Source of the DNA: an uncultured Clostridia bacterium
GTDB taxonomy: Bacteria > Bacillota > Clostridia > TANB77 > CAG-508
Direction: 5' to 3'
DNA: 64,000 bases
Assembly (NCBI GenBank): GCA_928721915.1
Contig: CAKMVZ010000004.1
Coordinates: forward strand, 35,553-99,552
Below are positions 28,262 to 38,161 of this stretch, one piece after another. Below the pieces are notes generated by a model that saw only the letters and a program-made list of their open reading frames with translations, did not search any database and had not been told where the DNA came from. Each line of letters begins with the position of its first letter. Within the stretch, counting starts at the first letter, position 1. The translations under genes and the position numbers were made by a program.

Positions 28262-30187
28262 TTAAACTTGCCAGTTTGATAAATCAACGTCGGCAGGCAT
28301 TCTCTTATCACCTCTAGGAGAAATGCTAACTGTACCAACTTTTGGCCCATCAGGAAGGCAATTCCTTTTAAATTGATTTCTAGAATGTCTTTTAATAAAA
28401 TCATTCCAACGTTCTAAGATTTCAGATTCACTGTACTTTCCGTCAAAAGCAATACAAGCTAAAAAGATGATTTTTTCGCCACTAAACCTCTTTCTTTCCA
28501 TGTTATAAATGAAAAAGTCGATGAGCTCATATTTTCCAACAGTATCCTCGGTTTTTTGTGTGACTTCTGTTCCATCTGTTGGAAGCAGTTCTGGACTTAT
28601 TGGCGTATCGATTATGTCTAATAGAGTATCAGATAGTTCGACATTTTCGTTTCTTGTATCAGTAGCATACCATTCAATGATATATTTTACCAATGTTTTA
28701 GGAATAGAGCTATTAACTCCATACATTGACATATGGTCTCCATTGTAGGTACACCAGCCAATCTCAAGTTCCGATAAATCGCCAGTTCCAATTACTAAGC
28801 CACCATTTTTATTGGCAATATCCATAAGAATTTGAGTTCTTTCTCTTGCTTGAACATTTTCATAAGTGATGTCATGAATTTTAGGGTCATGACCAATATC
28901 TTCAAAATGTTGCATACAAGCTTTCTTAATGTCAATTTCTTTAAAGGATATGCCCATCTGTTTACAGATATTTACAGAATTACCATGTGTCCTCTTTGTT
29001 GTTCCAAAGCCTGGCATTGTAATTCCAAGTATTCCTGAGGTGTGAAGACCTAATTTTTTAAAAGCTTCATATGTTACTATAAGAGCTAAAGTTGAGTCTA
29101 AACCTCCAGAAATACCGATTACCGCTTTTTCCATTCCAGTACTGCTTAATCTTTTGGCAAGTCCTGTAGATTGAATTGACAAAATTTCTTTGCAGACATG
29201 AGACCTTTTATTATTAGTAACAGAAGGTACAAATGGATGCGGATTAACATATCTAGATAATTTACTTTTTGGTGTGTTTATAATTGACTGACGGAATTTT
29301 ATTTCTGTAAACTCAAGGTTATTATTTTTATCAGAAAAAGTTTGATTCCACTTTCGTTCATTTGAAATTGCTTCAATATCGATATCAGCATAAACAATTT
29401 CATTTTTTAAGCTATATCTATCAATAGAAACAAGTTCTTTTCCGTTCTCAAAAATGTAACCACTTCCTCCAAATACTAAATCACTTGTAGATTCGGCAAA
29501 ACCTGTGGATGTATATAAATATCCAGAAATAGTCCTTGAACTTTGATTGCTGATAAGTGATTTGCGATAATCATTTTTTCCAACAAGTTCATTACTTGAA
29601 GAAAGATTTGCAATAATATTTGCTCCTGCTAAGCTTAAGTAAGAACTTGGAGGCACAACTGCCCACAAATCTTCACAGATTTCTACTCCAAGTTTATATC
29701 CAACATTTGAAGAAAAAATTAAATTACCAAAAGGCACATCTTTTCCTAAGAATTGGATAGTTTTTATAGAAAAATCTGTGTAAGCTTTAAACCATCGTTT
29801 TTCATAAAACTCGCCATAATTTGGCAGATATTGTTTAGGAACTATTCCTAATACATTACCTTTTTGAATGGCAATAGCACAGTTATATAGTGAGTCATTT
29901 ACAGCTACAGGTGCACCAACAAGAATTAAAATCTCATATTTTTCAGAAAATTCAACTAGATTTTCCAATGCAATATAGCTGTCCTCTAAAAGTTTACTGT
30001 ACTGGAACAAATCTTGACATGTATAGCCAGTTATTGAAAGTTCAGGAAAAACAATTATTTTAGCTTGTTTTTCAACTTCAGCTTTTTGAATTAATTTTTC
30101 CATTTGTGACTCGTTAATGTCAGGGTTTGCAATTTTACCTTCATTTAAAGTAGCAATTGCCACTTTAACAAAGCCAAAATTTTTCAT
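28262..30187 (-). CDS. nadE: glutamine-dependent NAD+ synthetase
   Basis: 641 aa. An N-terminal CN-hydrolase domain (ELSITGY, C in EICEDLW) is followed by a C-terminal NAD synthetase domain with a PP-loop SGGLDS. Confidence 0.9.
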   Translation of the reverse strand: MKNFGFVKVAIATLNEGKIANPDINESQMEKLIQKAEVEKQAKIIVFPELSITGYTCQDLFQYSKLLEDSYIALENLVEFSEKYEILILVGAPVAVNDSLYNCAIAIQKGNVLGIVPKQYLPNYGEFYEKRWFKAYTDFSIKTIQFLGKDVPFGNLIFSSNVGYKLGVEICEDLWAVVPPSSYLSLAGANIIANLSSSNELVGKNDYRKSLISNQSSRTISGYLYTSTGFAESTSDLVFGGSGYIFENGKELVSIDRYSLKNEIVYADIDIEAISNERKWNQTFSDKNNNLEFTEIKFRQSIINTPKSKLSRYVNPHPFVPSVTNNKRSHVCKEILSIQSTGLAKRLSSTGMEKAVIGISGGLDSTLALIVTYEAFKKLGLHTSGILGITMPGFGTTKRTHGNSVNICKQMGISFKEIDIKKACMQHFEDIGHDPKIHDITYENVQARERTQILMDIANKNGGLVIGTGDLSELEIGWCTYNGDHMSMYGVNSSIPKTLVKYIIEWYATDTRNENVELSDTLLDIIDTPISPELLPTDGTEVTQKTEDTVGKYELIDFFIYNMERKRFSGEKIIFLACIAFDGKYSESEILERWNDFIKRHSRNQFKRNCLPDGPKVGTVSISPRGDKRMPADVDLSNWQV

Positions 30188-30266
30188 AAAATCCCTCCTT
30201 TTGGAATTGTAGGGGGAGGTTTTAAACCAATCCCCCTATGTTAAAAAAAGTTACATCAAAATTTAC

Positions 30267-31832
30267 TTAAACAAGTTCATGGAGTTTGTGATATAACTCA
30301 TGACGAGTTTTAGCTACTTTTTCCGTCATGTCCACATAATGGATATGTGGGTTAGATGAACGAAGTTCAGATTCCCAGGCAGTGTTAAACTGCTCTTGCA
30401 CGTATTCACGAATTTCTTTGACTGAAGGAAAATTATATATAACTTCACCATCAACAATAAATGGAACAAGAAGAGGTTTAAAGTTTTCAGGAGTAATTTC
30501 ATACTCTTTTGTGGCATCTGTAAGATCTGTTGTATAAACTTTAATCTTTTTGCCTGCTTCAATTACCTCATCATCCATTGCAATGATGTCCGTACTTGCT
30601 TTTCCTTCTTCATCGTACATTCTGTAAATCATCTTTTTTCCAGGAATAATTGCTTTTTCAAGGGAATCAGAACACTTCATACGAGGTGTCCAGTCATCAC
30701 TTGTAGAAGCCTCCCAAATTTTAGTTCTGTTTAAAGCAGTAAGTTTGTAAACTCCACCCAGAACTGGACAATCTGCAGACGTAATAAGATTTTCTCCAAC
30801 TCCAAAAGAATCAATTGGAGCTTTTTGCTCATAGATAAGACTTCGAATAGAATCTTCATCAAGACTATTAGAAGCAATAATTTTGACATGAGTTTTACCA
30901 GCCTTATCTAACATTTTTCGTGCTTTCTTCGCTTGGTAAGCAAGGTCACCGCTATCTAAACGGATACTCTGTACCCAAAATTCAGGAGCATTTGGGTATT
31001 TTTTCTGTAATTCATCATCAAGTTTAATAACATTAGGAATTCCACTTCCAAGTGCATTGTAAGTGTCAACAAGAAGAGATACTCCATCTAAGTTGACATC
31101 TGCCCAAGCTCTAAAGGCTTCTAATTCTGTTGGATAGCTTTCAACCCATGCATGACTCATAGTACCAACTGCTTTTACATCTGAACCAAATACAGCTTCT
31201 GCTAAGCAGTTTGCAGTTGCACTACATCCTGCTATAATAGCAGCTCTTGCTCCATAAAGACTAGCAGTTTCTCCCTGAGCTCTACGACCTCCAAATTCCA
31301 TAACACTTCTACCATCGGCTGCACGTACAATACGACTTGCTTTAGTGGCAATTAAGGAATTTAAGTTAAAGGTTTGAAGTGCATAAGTTTCAATTAAAAA
31401 AGCACCAACAACATCACATTCGATGCGAATTACGGTTTCATTCGGATAACAAATTGTTCCTTCTGGCATTGCAAGCATTGTACCATTCCATTTGTATGTT
31501 GAAAGATATTTGATAAATTTTACATCAAAACCTTTATAATAAAGGTAATTTAATGCATGTTCATCAAAATGATAGTTTTGTAGAAAACGTACAAGCTGTT
31601 CTTGACCGCAGGCAATTGTATAACCGAAAACTTTGCCTTTTGGCGCTGGATTTTTCCGGAAGAAAATGTCAAACACTCCTTTTACATCTTGAAGACCGAG
31701 CTTAAAGTATCCCTCAGCCATTCTCAGTTCATAAAAATCAGTGTTTAAAACATTATTCCGATAATTATAATCCGGAGTAAATGCTTTTGTGGGGATTTCC
31801 CAGTTTGATTTGTTTGTTTTGTTAGTTGTCAT
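30267..31832 (-). CDS. pncB: nicotinate phosphoribosyltransferase
   Basis: 521 aa. N-terminal TDFYELRMAEGYF, plus the MEFGGRRAQG and GTMSHAW motifs of the NAPRTase family. Confidence 0.85.
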   Translation of the reverse strand: MTTNKTNKSNWEIPTKAFTPDYNYRNNVLNTDFYELRMAEGYFKLGLQDVKGVFDIFFRKNPAPKGKVFGYTIACGQEQLVRFLQNYHFDEHALNYLYYKGFDVKFIKYLSTYKWNGTMLAMPEGTICYPNETVIRIECDVVGAFLIETYALQTFNLNSLIATKASRIVRAADGRSVMEFGGRRAQGETASLYGARAAIIAGCSATANCLAEAVFGSDVKAVGTMSHAWVESYPTELEAFRAWADVNLDGVSLLVDTYNALGSGIPNVIKLDDELQKKYPNAPEFWVQSIRLDSGDLAYQAKKARKMLDKAGKTHVKIIASNSLDEDSIRSLIYEQKAPIDSFGVGENLITSADCPVLGGVYKLTALNRTKIWEASTSDDWTPRMKCSDSLEKAIIPGKKMIYRMYDEEGKASTDIIAMDDEVIEAGKKIKVYTTDLTDATKEYEITPENFKPLLVPFIVDGEVIYNFPSVKEIREYVQEQFNTAWESELRSSNPHIHYVDMTEKVAKTRHELYHKLHELV

Positions 31833-31983
31833 AATTATGACCCTCCTTTTTAATAATTAATAAGTTAATATACTCTTGCTGGAGCATAAGAAACATAAAT
31901 ATTTTATCATAAAATGATATATCAGTCAATTAAATTATGTTAACAGAATTGCGGGAGTGATTTTTATGAAATTTAAAGATATA

Positions 31984-32011
31984 TTGACAAAGATATTAAA
32001 GATGTTATAAT
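31984..32011 (+). promoter_or_regulatory. promoter of the ART gene leader
   Basis: TTGACA (31984-31989), 16-nt spacer, TGtTATAAT extended -10 (32006-32011). Confidence 0.5.
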
Positions 32012-32017
32012 AATTAA

Positions 32018-32164
32018 TATGTTATTTGACATTTAAATGTTTGCAAGCAAAATGTTATCTCATGGCAATAAAGGAGGACCATATGAGAATTGAGGTAAAT
32101 ATTTTTAGGTCAATTGACAGCAAAGAAACTTTTAAACTATGTTAATATTTAGGAGGATTGCTTT
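32018..32164 (+). promoter_or_regulatory. conserved 5' leader, copy A (candidate cis-regulatory RNA or operator)
   Basis: About 100 nt closely resemble the leader at 33289-33429. It contains the palindromes ACATTTAAATGT and GTCAATTGAC, an internal AAGGAGG and a short uORF (32083-32142). Confidence 0.4.
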
Positions 32165-33109
32165 ATGGGCAAAATTAACAAAGAAGTGCTTATTGATCTT
32201 TTACACACTAATGCAGGTAAAGAATCATTGCGGGAAACTATAAGTAGAGCAAATATTGCATCTTTTGCAAGAAAAGTATCGAGTGAGATTATATCTGCTC
32301 AAAAGTATTATGTTGGGAATCCAGATGGAAAATTCATCACAATCAAGGATTTTGATGAAGAAACTGTCAAGGCTGGAAAAGCATATGAAACAATCAATAC
32401 TTTAATGGGAAATGATAATGCTGAATTTATGAGATTCAGTGAAGGTAAGAAACAAACGCCAGGATTGATTTCTGAAATAGGCTTGCAAAAGATAGCTGAT
32501 ATGATAGTATTACTTTTTGTCTTTGCAAATGATGGTGAAGAAATCAAGTTTGAAACGGTAAGGGCTTGTAGGCAAACGGAAATTTCGGAAACTCCAGAAG
32601 GCGAATATGATTTTATTGATGCCCTTCAAAGTTCAACAAAAGCTACAGTAGAAGAAATTGTAGCTCTTGGGTATGGGAATAAAAATAAACTTGCAATCTG
32701 TAAGTTTCATTTCCATGAAGGCGCGGTTGTTCTTGATATGATTCGTTTTGGCAAAAACTATTTAAAGCCTGAAGAAAAAGAAGTATTACTTCTTACTGGA
32801 AACAAGTATCAGGCAAAATGTCTTGGGTACAGTGATAAATTTTTTGGTAAAGATGGTCAGCCGGCATTAATGTATGATGTTGATGTTTATGCGCCCGATG
32901 AATTTTATTGGAAACTTGATTTCGGTGAAGAGGAATTAAAAGACAAGGTGTTTAACATTGATATGATTGCAAAAGTGAAGGATTTTTATGAGTCTTTAAA
33001 TGCCAATATCGGTGGTGAATATCCAAAAGAACCTGATGGATATCGAGAATGGAAAGAGGCATTTAAAATGTATGTATACAGTCAGTTAGACAAAATATAT
33101 AATGCCTAA
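32165..33109 (+). CDS. candidate mono-ADP-ribosyltransferase (C3/VIP2-like R-S-ExE type)
   Basis: 314 aa with YETINTLM (Y-x-x-I-N-x-x-L helix motif), VRA (Arg133), SST (156-158) and EKEVLLL (ExE 204-206). The spacing between the Arg and Ser motifs is shorter than in the classic toxins. Confidence 0.45.
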   Translation: MGKINKEVLIDLLHTNAGKESLRETISRANIASFARKVSSEIISAQKYYVGNPDGKFITIKDFDEETVKAGKAYETINTLMGNDNAEFMRFSEGKKQTPGLISEIGLQKIADMIVLLFVFANDGEEIKFETVRACRQTEISETPEGEYDFIDALQSSTKATVEEIVALGYGNKNKLAICKFHFHEGAVVLDMIRFGKNYLKPEEKEVLLLTGNKYQAKCLGYSDKFFGKDGQPALMYDVDVYAPDEFYWKLDFGEEELKDKVFNIDMIAKVKDFYESLNANIGGEYPKEPDGYREWKEAFKMYVYSQLDKIYNA

Positions 33110-33153
33110 TTTTTAAGTAACTTGTAAAAAATGATGTAGTTTTATAAAAGAAG

Positions 33154-33192
33154 TGGAGATAGAATTTGCTAAAATTTTGTCTCCATTTTTTG
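33154..33192 (+). terminator. rho-independent terminator after the ART gene
   Basis: Stem TGGAGAT / GTCTCCA followed by TTTTTT. Confidence 0.55.
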
Positions 33193-33253
33193 TATTTATT
33201 TTTAATAAAAAGTCGGATTTTAGCATTTTTAGGCATTTTATTTACATAAATCA

Positions 33254-33282
33254 TTTACAAATTTTTAAAAATATGTTAAAAT
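33254..33282 (+). promoter_or_regulatory. promoter of the pncA-vWA-PP2C-kinase operon leader
   Basis: TTTACA (33254-33259), 17-nt spacer, TGtTAAAAT extended -10 (33277-33282). Confidence 0.5.
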
Positions 33283-33288
33283 ACATAA

Positions 33289-33429
33289 CATGTCAAAATT
33301 TAAATATTTGCTCAAAATATTATACTCATAGCATTTTAAGGAGGGCTTTATGAGAAGTGAGAAAATATTTGTCAATTGGCAGGGCAACTCGTAAATTGAA
33401 AAGTTAATAAGAAAGATGGAGGTTTTGGT
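33289..33429 (+). promoter_or_regulatory. conserved 5' leader, copy B
   Basis: Paralogous to 32018-32164. It shares the same order of TTTAAAT-centred element, AAGGAGG, uORF (33350-33394, MRSEKIFVNWQGNS) and GTCAATTGGC. Confidence 0.4.
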
Positions 33430-34344
33430 ATGTTAAAGACGAACTACGATCAAATTGTAGATGTTTCACGGATTGGAGATCATGGGAAGGTAGATTTAAA
33501 TCCACTTTTTAACATTGCTCTTCAGGAAGAACTGCAGCCAAATATCAGAGATTCTGTTAGGAGGCTTCTTCTGTGCATTGATGTACAGAAAGATTTTATT
33601 GAAGGAGGAGCACTTGCAGTCCCGGGTTCTATTGGTGATGTTGAGAGGATTACTCGCTTTATATATGACAATATGGCGGGAATTACCAATATCATGTGTT
33701 CTATGGATACGCATTATCCATTTCATGTGTTTTTCCCATCTTGGTGGGAAAACGCTAATGGAGAACACCCGGCACCTTACACAGAAATCACATACAATGA
33801 TGTAAGTAGAGGTGAGTGGAGAGCTGTATATGGCAATCCTGTAGATTCTTTGACATATTTGCAGGAGCTTGAAAAACAGGCTAAGAAAAAGCTTTGCATT
33901 TGGCCATATCACTGCATTCACGGAACAGAAGGATTTGACCTTGAGAATGAATTTGTAAAAATGGTATATTTCCATGCAATTGCAAGGAAAACAACTCCGC
34001 GGATTATTCACAAAGGAACAGATTTCTATTCTGAAATGTATGGAATTATAAGACCAGAGTATTCAAAGAGAAATCTTAAGAATACACGAGTGTTAAATGC
34101 TTTCCAGGAATATGACGAGATTTACGTTGTTGGGGAAGCAGCGAGCCATTGCCTTTTAGAATCTGTAAAACAGATTGCAGAAGAATATGCAACTCGTCCG
34201 GAGATTACTTCCAAAATTACAATTTTGGAAGACTGTACATCTCCAATTACCGGATATGAGCAGCTTACCAAAGATGCGTTTGACAATTTTAAACGTACTT
34301 ATGGAATCAAGTTTGCAAAATCAACAGATATTCAGTTAGTTTAA
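33430..34344 (+). CDS. pncA: nicotinamidase-like isochorismatase-family hydrolase
   Basis: LLCIDVQKDFIEGGALAVPGS (catalytic Asp region), MDTHYPFH (metal site) and GEAASHC (nucleophile Cys). At 304 aa it is longer than a typical PncA. Confidence 0.6.
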   Translation: MLKTNYDQIVDVSRIGDHGKVDLNPLFNIALQEELQPNIRDSVRRLLLCIDVQKDFIEGGALAVPGSIGDVERITRFIYDNMAGITNIMCSMDTHYPFHVFFPSWWENANGEHPAPYTEITYNDVSRGEWRAVYGNPVDSLTYLQELEKQAKKKLCIWPYHCIHGTEGFDLENEFVKMVYFHAIARKTTPRIIHKGTDFYSEMYGIIRPEYSKRNLKNTRVLNAFQEYDEIYVVGEAASHCLLESVKQIAEEYATRPEITSKITILEDCTSPITGYEQLTKDAFDNFKRTYGIKFAKSTDIQLV

Positions 34345-34351
34345 GGAGGAA

Positions 34352-35068
34352 ATGACAATGAGAGAAGAATTTAACAACCTTGATACTATTGAAATTGACG
34401 GATATGAAGATGCTTTAGAGCAGAATGTTGATGTGGAAGAATTGGAAACGGCAACACCTTATCTGTGTGTCGTGGACATTGACAAAAGTGATTCAATGGA
34501 TGAATATGAGTACAACGGAGTTATGACTGACTGCCTCAAGAACTTCAAGGAGGCAATCTTGAATTCCAAGCAGGCGGACGAAATGCTTACTGCGAAGATC
34601 ACATTTGGAAGCAGTGTCGACATCGGCGGGTTTGTGAAACCCGAAGATTTTGACTGTAGCTATCACACAGCAGGTTTAACTGCTCTTAATGATTCAATCG
34701 TTGCTGGTCGGAAATTGATCGTTGACTACATGGATCAGATCCGCGACAATGGCGGAACTCCGCGTGGCTGCCTTGTTATTCTGTCTGATGGATGGAATAA
34801 TAATTCTAGTAGCACTGATGCTGATGCAAGGAGAGCAATCGAAGATCTTCGAAAACATGAGGTTGCTGTAGCTTTTATTGCTTTTGGTGATGATGCTAAA
34901 GGCATTGCGCAGAATCTGGGGGTAAGATCGGAAAATGTAAAAGACTATTCTAAAGATGATCATGGACTTCGTGAGGCTTTAAATATGGTCTCCAAGAGTG
35001 CAATTTCTGCATCCAAGAGAGCAAGCGCAGGTCTTGGTGGTGGAGACGCTGGATTCTTTGATGTCTAA
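34352..35068 (+). CDS. von Willebrand factor A domain protein (TerY-like)
   Basis: MIDAS DxSxS (DKSDSM), plus a later T (TALND) and D (LSDGWNN). ATG 34358 is better spaced from AAGGAGG than ATG 34352. Confidence 0.7.
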   Translation: MTMREEFNNLDTIEIDGYEDALEQNVDVEELETATPYLCVVDIDKSDSMDEYEYNGVMTDCLKNFKEAILNSKQADEMLTAKITFGSSVDIGGFVKPEDFDCSYHTAGLTALNDSIVAGRKLIVDYMDQIRDNGGTPRGCLVILSDGWNNNSSSTDADARRAIEDLRKHEVAVAFIAFGDDAKGIAQNLGVRSENVKDYSKDDHGLREALNMVSKSAISASKRASAGLGGGDAGFFDV

Positions 35069-35150
35069 GTATAACCTAAAAGTAACTATTAACTTTGATT
35101 TAGAAGGAGGTCGCGCTGCGATCTCCTTCTTGATTAAGAGGTGAGAAAGC

Positions 35151-36137
35151 ATGAATATATTGAATACTGGTTTATTAGGTTCTCGGAAAGGTAAGGATAT
35201 AAATTCTAAACCTAAATCTGAAGCAAATGATTCTAAAGTAGTAGATAAAGATGTAGACATAAATGAAGGTGAGGAAAAGTCGAAGTCAATATCAAAAGAT
35301 GATAAAGAGTCTGTTTCTAAGGAATGTGGAAGCATTGATAATGTTCAAGTAGAAAAACCACCACGTAAAACTGTAAAATTAAGCAAAATTGGAACAGAGC
35401 ACCTTATGTGTAATGTAAATAATCAAGATTTTGCATTTAATTTTATGAATATAAAAGTTGTAAGTGATGGGTGCGGTTCTGGAAAGCATTCTGAAGTTGG
35501 AGCAAGACTTTTTGGACAGCTTTTTTCAAGAGAAGTTGTAAAGTTTATAGATTGCATTAATAAGAAAAATGCTGCAAGAACAAAAAAATATGTTGTAGAC
35601 GCAGATTTTGAAATTATAGCAAAACATCTACTGAATATGGAAATACCGAAGGAAGCTTTTATTGGGATTGTGAATTTAGTTTTAGAAAAGATGTTATCCA
35701 TTTGCAATGATACAGCATTTGTTTTTGAAAACTATTGTTTTACAATTTTAGCTTGTCTTGAGTTTAAAGACGAGTTTGTAGTTTTTGCTTGTGGTGATGG
35801 CTTTATTATAAAAGAAAATAATGAAGGTATAAATTTTGAAAGACTTGACAATGGAGAGTTTCCAGCATATTATATTTATAATTGGATTGAACCAGAAAAA
35901 CTTACTGATTATAAAGAAGGTGTTGAATTTAAAGTTTTTCATTATCCTAAAAATGAATATAAAAATGTTGGAGTAGCTAGTGATGGCTTAAGGTATTTTG
36001 ATGAACTTTATGAGCCTGACCAGTATAAGTTTTTAGATATTTTATCCAAAGGAAAAACTGCTCAAATAGAAATGTTTGTTAATCGTGTAAATAAGAGTAA
36101 CAATGTCTTTAGAGATGACTTATCAATCTGTTTCTGA
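35151..36137 (+). CDS. PP2C-like protein phosphatase with Lys/Asp/Ser-rich N-terminal extension
   Basis: VVSDGCGSGKHSEVGA, ACGDGF and VASDGL correspond to PP2C metal-binding motifs. Confidence 0.6.
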   Translation: MNILNTGLLGSRKGKDINSKPKSEANDSKVVDKDVDINEGEEKSKSISKDDKESVSKECGSIDNVQVEKPPRKTVKLSKIGTEHLMCNVNNQDFAFNFMNIKVVSDGCGSGKHSEVGARLFGQLFSREVVKFIDCINKKNAARTKKYVVDADFEIIAKHLLNMEIPKEAFIGIVNLVLEKMLSICNDTAFVFENYCFTILACLEFKDEFVVFACGDGFIIKENNEGINFERLDNGEFPAYYIYNWIEPEKLTDYKEGVEFKVFHYPKNEYKNVGVASDGLRYFDELYEPDQYKFLDILSKGKTAQIEMFVNRVNKSNNVFRDDLSICF

Positions 36138-36151
36138 GAAAGGAGCACAAT

Positions 36152-37924
36152 ATGGCTAATTTTAGAAGCAGGAGAGAAATTGAACGGTTAAATAAGTTAG
36201 CTGAAGGTGGAGAAGCTGCTATATATGATTATAATTTAGTTACTGTTCTTAAGCTTTTTCATCAAAAAGTTAATTTGAAAATTAAAGAAGAAAAAATAAA
36301 GTTTTTTATTTCCGTTCAAAATCGTCTTCCGTCGAATGTAATCGGGCCTGAGAATGAAGTTACAATCAATGATAGAATTGTTGGATATACTATGCAAAAA
36401 TTGGTTGGAGCGGAAGATCTTCATATGCTGGTTAAGCCAAAATATTTGGCTTCAATGCATCTTTCTAATAAAGATGTATTAAAAATTATGACCAGTTTTG
36501 GTCTTGATTTAAATAAGCTTCATAATATGGGCATCATCGTAGGAGACATCAGTGATTATAATTTCCAGATTATTGGACTTAAAAATTATTTCATTGATGT
36601 TGATAGTTATGGGGTTAAAGGTAGATTTTTACCTGATGCTTATACAGAAATGTTTACATGTCCGGATTCATACAAACCGAATAAAACTGTAGAATTTTCT
36701 CTTGAGAATGAGTACTATAATTTTGCAGTTTTAACATTTTACATTTTGACCAGAATACATCCTTTTGGCGGAACATATCTTCCTGATAAAAGTATGTCTA
36801 CACTGGAAAGAATGAAAAGACGTATTTCGGTTGTTGGTAAACACAGTAAGGATATAAAAATTCCAAAAATTATCGGCAGTTGGAAATGGATGTCGCCACA
36901 ACTTTTGGATGATTTCTTGCAGATTTTTGAGAATGGTAAAAAAATTGATATTACACCTAATCTTAAAGATTTGCTGAATAATCTGGAGTATTGTAATGTG
37001 CATGATACATGGTACTATTCAAAGTATAACAGATGTCCGCTTTGTGATGATAAAGCACAGGTTAAAACTGCTCCTAAGATTGTTAGGGTTAAACCAGTTC
37101 CTGGAGCAAAAGGACCTCAGCTTGTGGTTGTTTTTTCAAGTAGCTCAAATGACTGCTTGTATATTTTAAGTGGTAATCACTACTTAAATAAGAATAATCA
37201 GGCTGTGCACATTACAAGCAAAAGAAAAGTAAGTGTGCCTAGAGGACAGAAGGTTGATTTCTCAGATGATGGCAAAGTAGTATATGTTGCTGATACCAGT
37301 GAGATTAAGATTTATGATGCAAATGATAAGCTTATGTCGACTATTGAACGTATGCCCAAAACAAATTATCTTGTTAGGGATAAAGTAATATACTATGTAG
37401 ACAAAGGCAACAATTTCATCAAACTTGAAATTACTGCTAGAGGTAATGAACCAACTTATTTGGGACTTTGCTATAATCCTTTGTTTGAAGTTTCTGAAGA
37501 TGGCAGAGTTTTTGTTGCATCAATGTATCCGAAGAGAATGCGAATTCATACTGATACTTATGATTTTGACGTTGATTACAGAGGTTGGATAAATGAGTAT
37601 GCAATTAAGTATGATAAAGTAACGCATCATTGGCTTTTTGCTTATCAAATGTCTAACGGAAAATATAGAACTATAGTATTTTCTAAAGATAAAGTAAAAT
37701 ATGATGATGATGTTATATCTTATAACGCAATTCCACTTGGAAATATTGATTTTTGCAATAATACTATTTATGATCCAGATGATGGTAAAATTGTAGGAAC
37801 AAATATCCTTAAAGGGGCTGCAAAGGAATTTCCGTGCAGTGTAGTTGATGAAGCCTCTAAACTTGAATTTACAGGAAGAGGGTTTAAAATTTATAACCAA
37901 GATACAATTTACAAATTTGAGTAA
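36152..37924 (+). CDS. protein kinase-like protein with zinc-ribbon and C-terminal beta-rich domain
   Basis: GGEAAIYDY glycine loop, VLKLF lysine, GDISDYNF catalytic loop, DVDSY (DFG-equivalent) and CPLCDDK. The gene order vWA-PP2C-kinase equals the TerY-P triad. Confidence 0.6.
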   Translation: MANFRSRREIERLNKLAEGGEAAIYDYNLVTVLKLFHQKVNLKIKEEKIKFFISVQNRLPSNVIGPENEVTINDRIVGYTMQKLVGAEDLHMLVKPKYLASMHLSNKDVLKIMTSFGLDLNKLHNMGIIVGDISDYNFQIIGLKNYFIDVDSYGVKGRFLPDAYTEMFTCPDSYKPNKTVEFSLENEYYNFAVLTFYILTRIHPFGGTYLPDKSMSTLERMKRRISVVGKHSKDIKIPKIIGSWKWMSPQLLDDFLQIFENGKKIDITPNLKDLLNNLEYCNVHDTWYYSKYNRCPLCDDKAQVKTAPKIVRVKPVPGAKGPQLVVVFSSSSNDCLYILSGNHYLNKNNQAVHITSKRKVSVPRGQKVDFSDDGKVVYVADTSEIKIYDANDKLMSTIERMPKTNYLVRDKVIYYVDKGNNFIKLEITARGNEPTYLGLCYNPLFEVSEDGRVFVASMYPKRMRIHTDTYDFDVDYRGWINEYAIKYDKVTHHWLFAYQMSNGKYRTIVFSKDKVKYDDDVISYNAIPLGNIDFCNNTIYDPDDGKIVGTNILKGAAKEFPCSVVDEASKLEFTGRGFKIYNQDTIYKFE

Positions 37925-37973
37925 ATTTTAATTTCTTATTAATTTAAAAAACTGACTAGCTTTGGTTAGTTTT

Positions 37974-38019
37974 AGCGCTACTTTTTAATTAATTATTTTT
38001 TAAAAAGTAGCGCTTTTTA
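37974..38019 (+). terminator. strong rho-independent terminator after the kinase gene
   Basis: 13-bp perfect stem AGCGCTACTTTTT / AAAAAGTAGCGCT plus a T-run. Confidence 0.75.
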
Positions 38020-38161
38020 TAATATTTTGCAAAAAGATTATAAAAATAGTATAATTAAACTGTATTCGTGGTACAGCGAATATAAAAAAATGTACCAATT
38101 TTATTTTTGCTACTTAACTTTAGGTGGCTTGTTTCAATTGCATATTTTAGGAGGATTTTAC

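Noticed and set aside
28165-28404. ORF 28165..28404 (-), plus ORFs 28509..28748 (+), 28832..29038 (+) and 30326..30562 (-).
   Set aside because: They overlap nadE, pncB or the NMNAT gene in other frames. They have no independent support.
33063-33353. ORFs 33063..33254 (-) and 33153..33353 (+).
   Set aside because: They lie across the ART terminator, the promoter and the conserved leader. They have no RBS and their translations look like nonsense.
33496-35942. Overlapping or antisense ORFs 33496..34011 (-), 33515..33805 (+), 34694..34963 (-), 34979..35335 (-), 35423..35707 (-) and 35748..35942 (-).
   Set aside because: They are embedded in the motif-bearing pncA-like, vWA and PP2C genes. Long spurious frames are expected in this GC-richer island.
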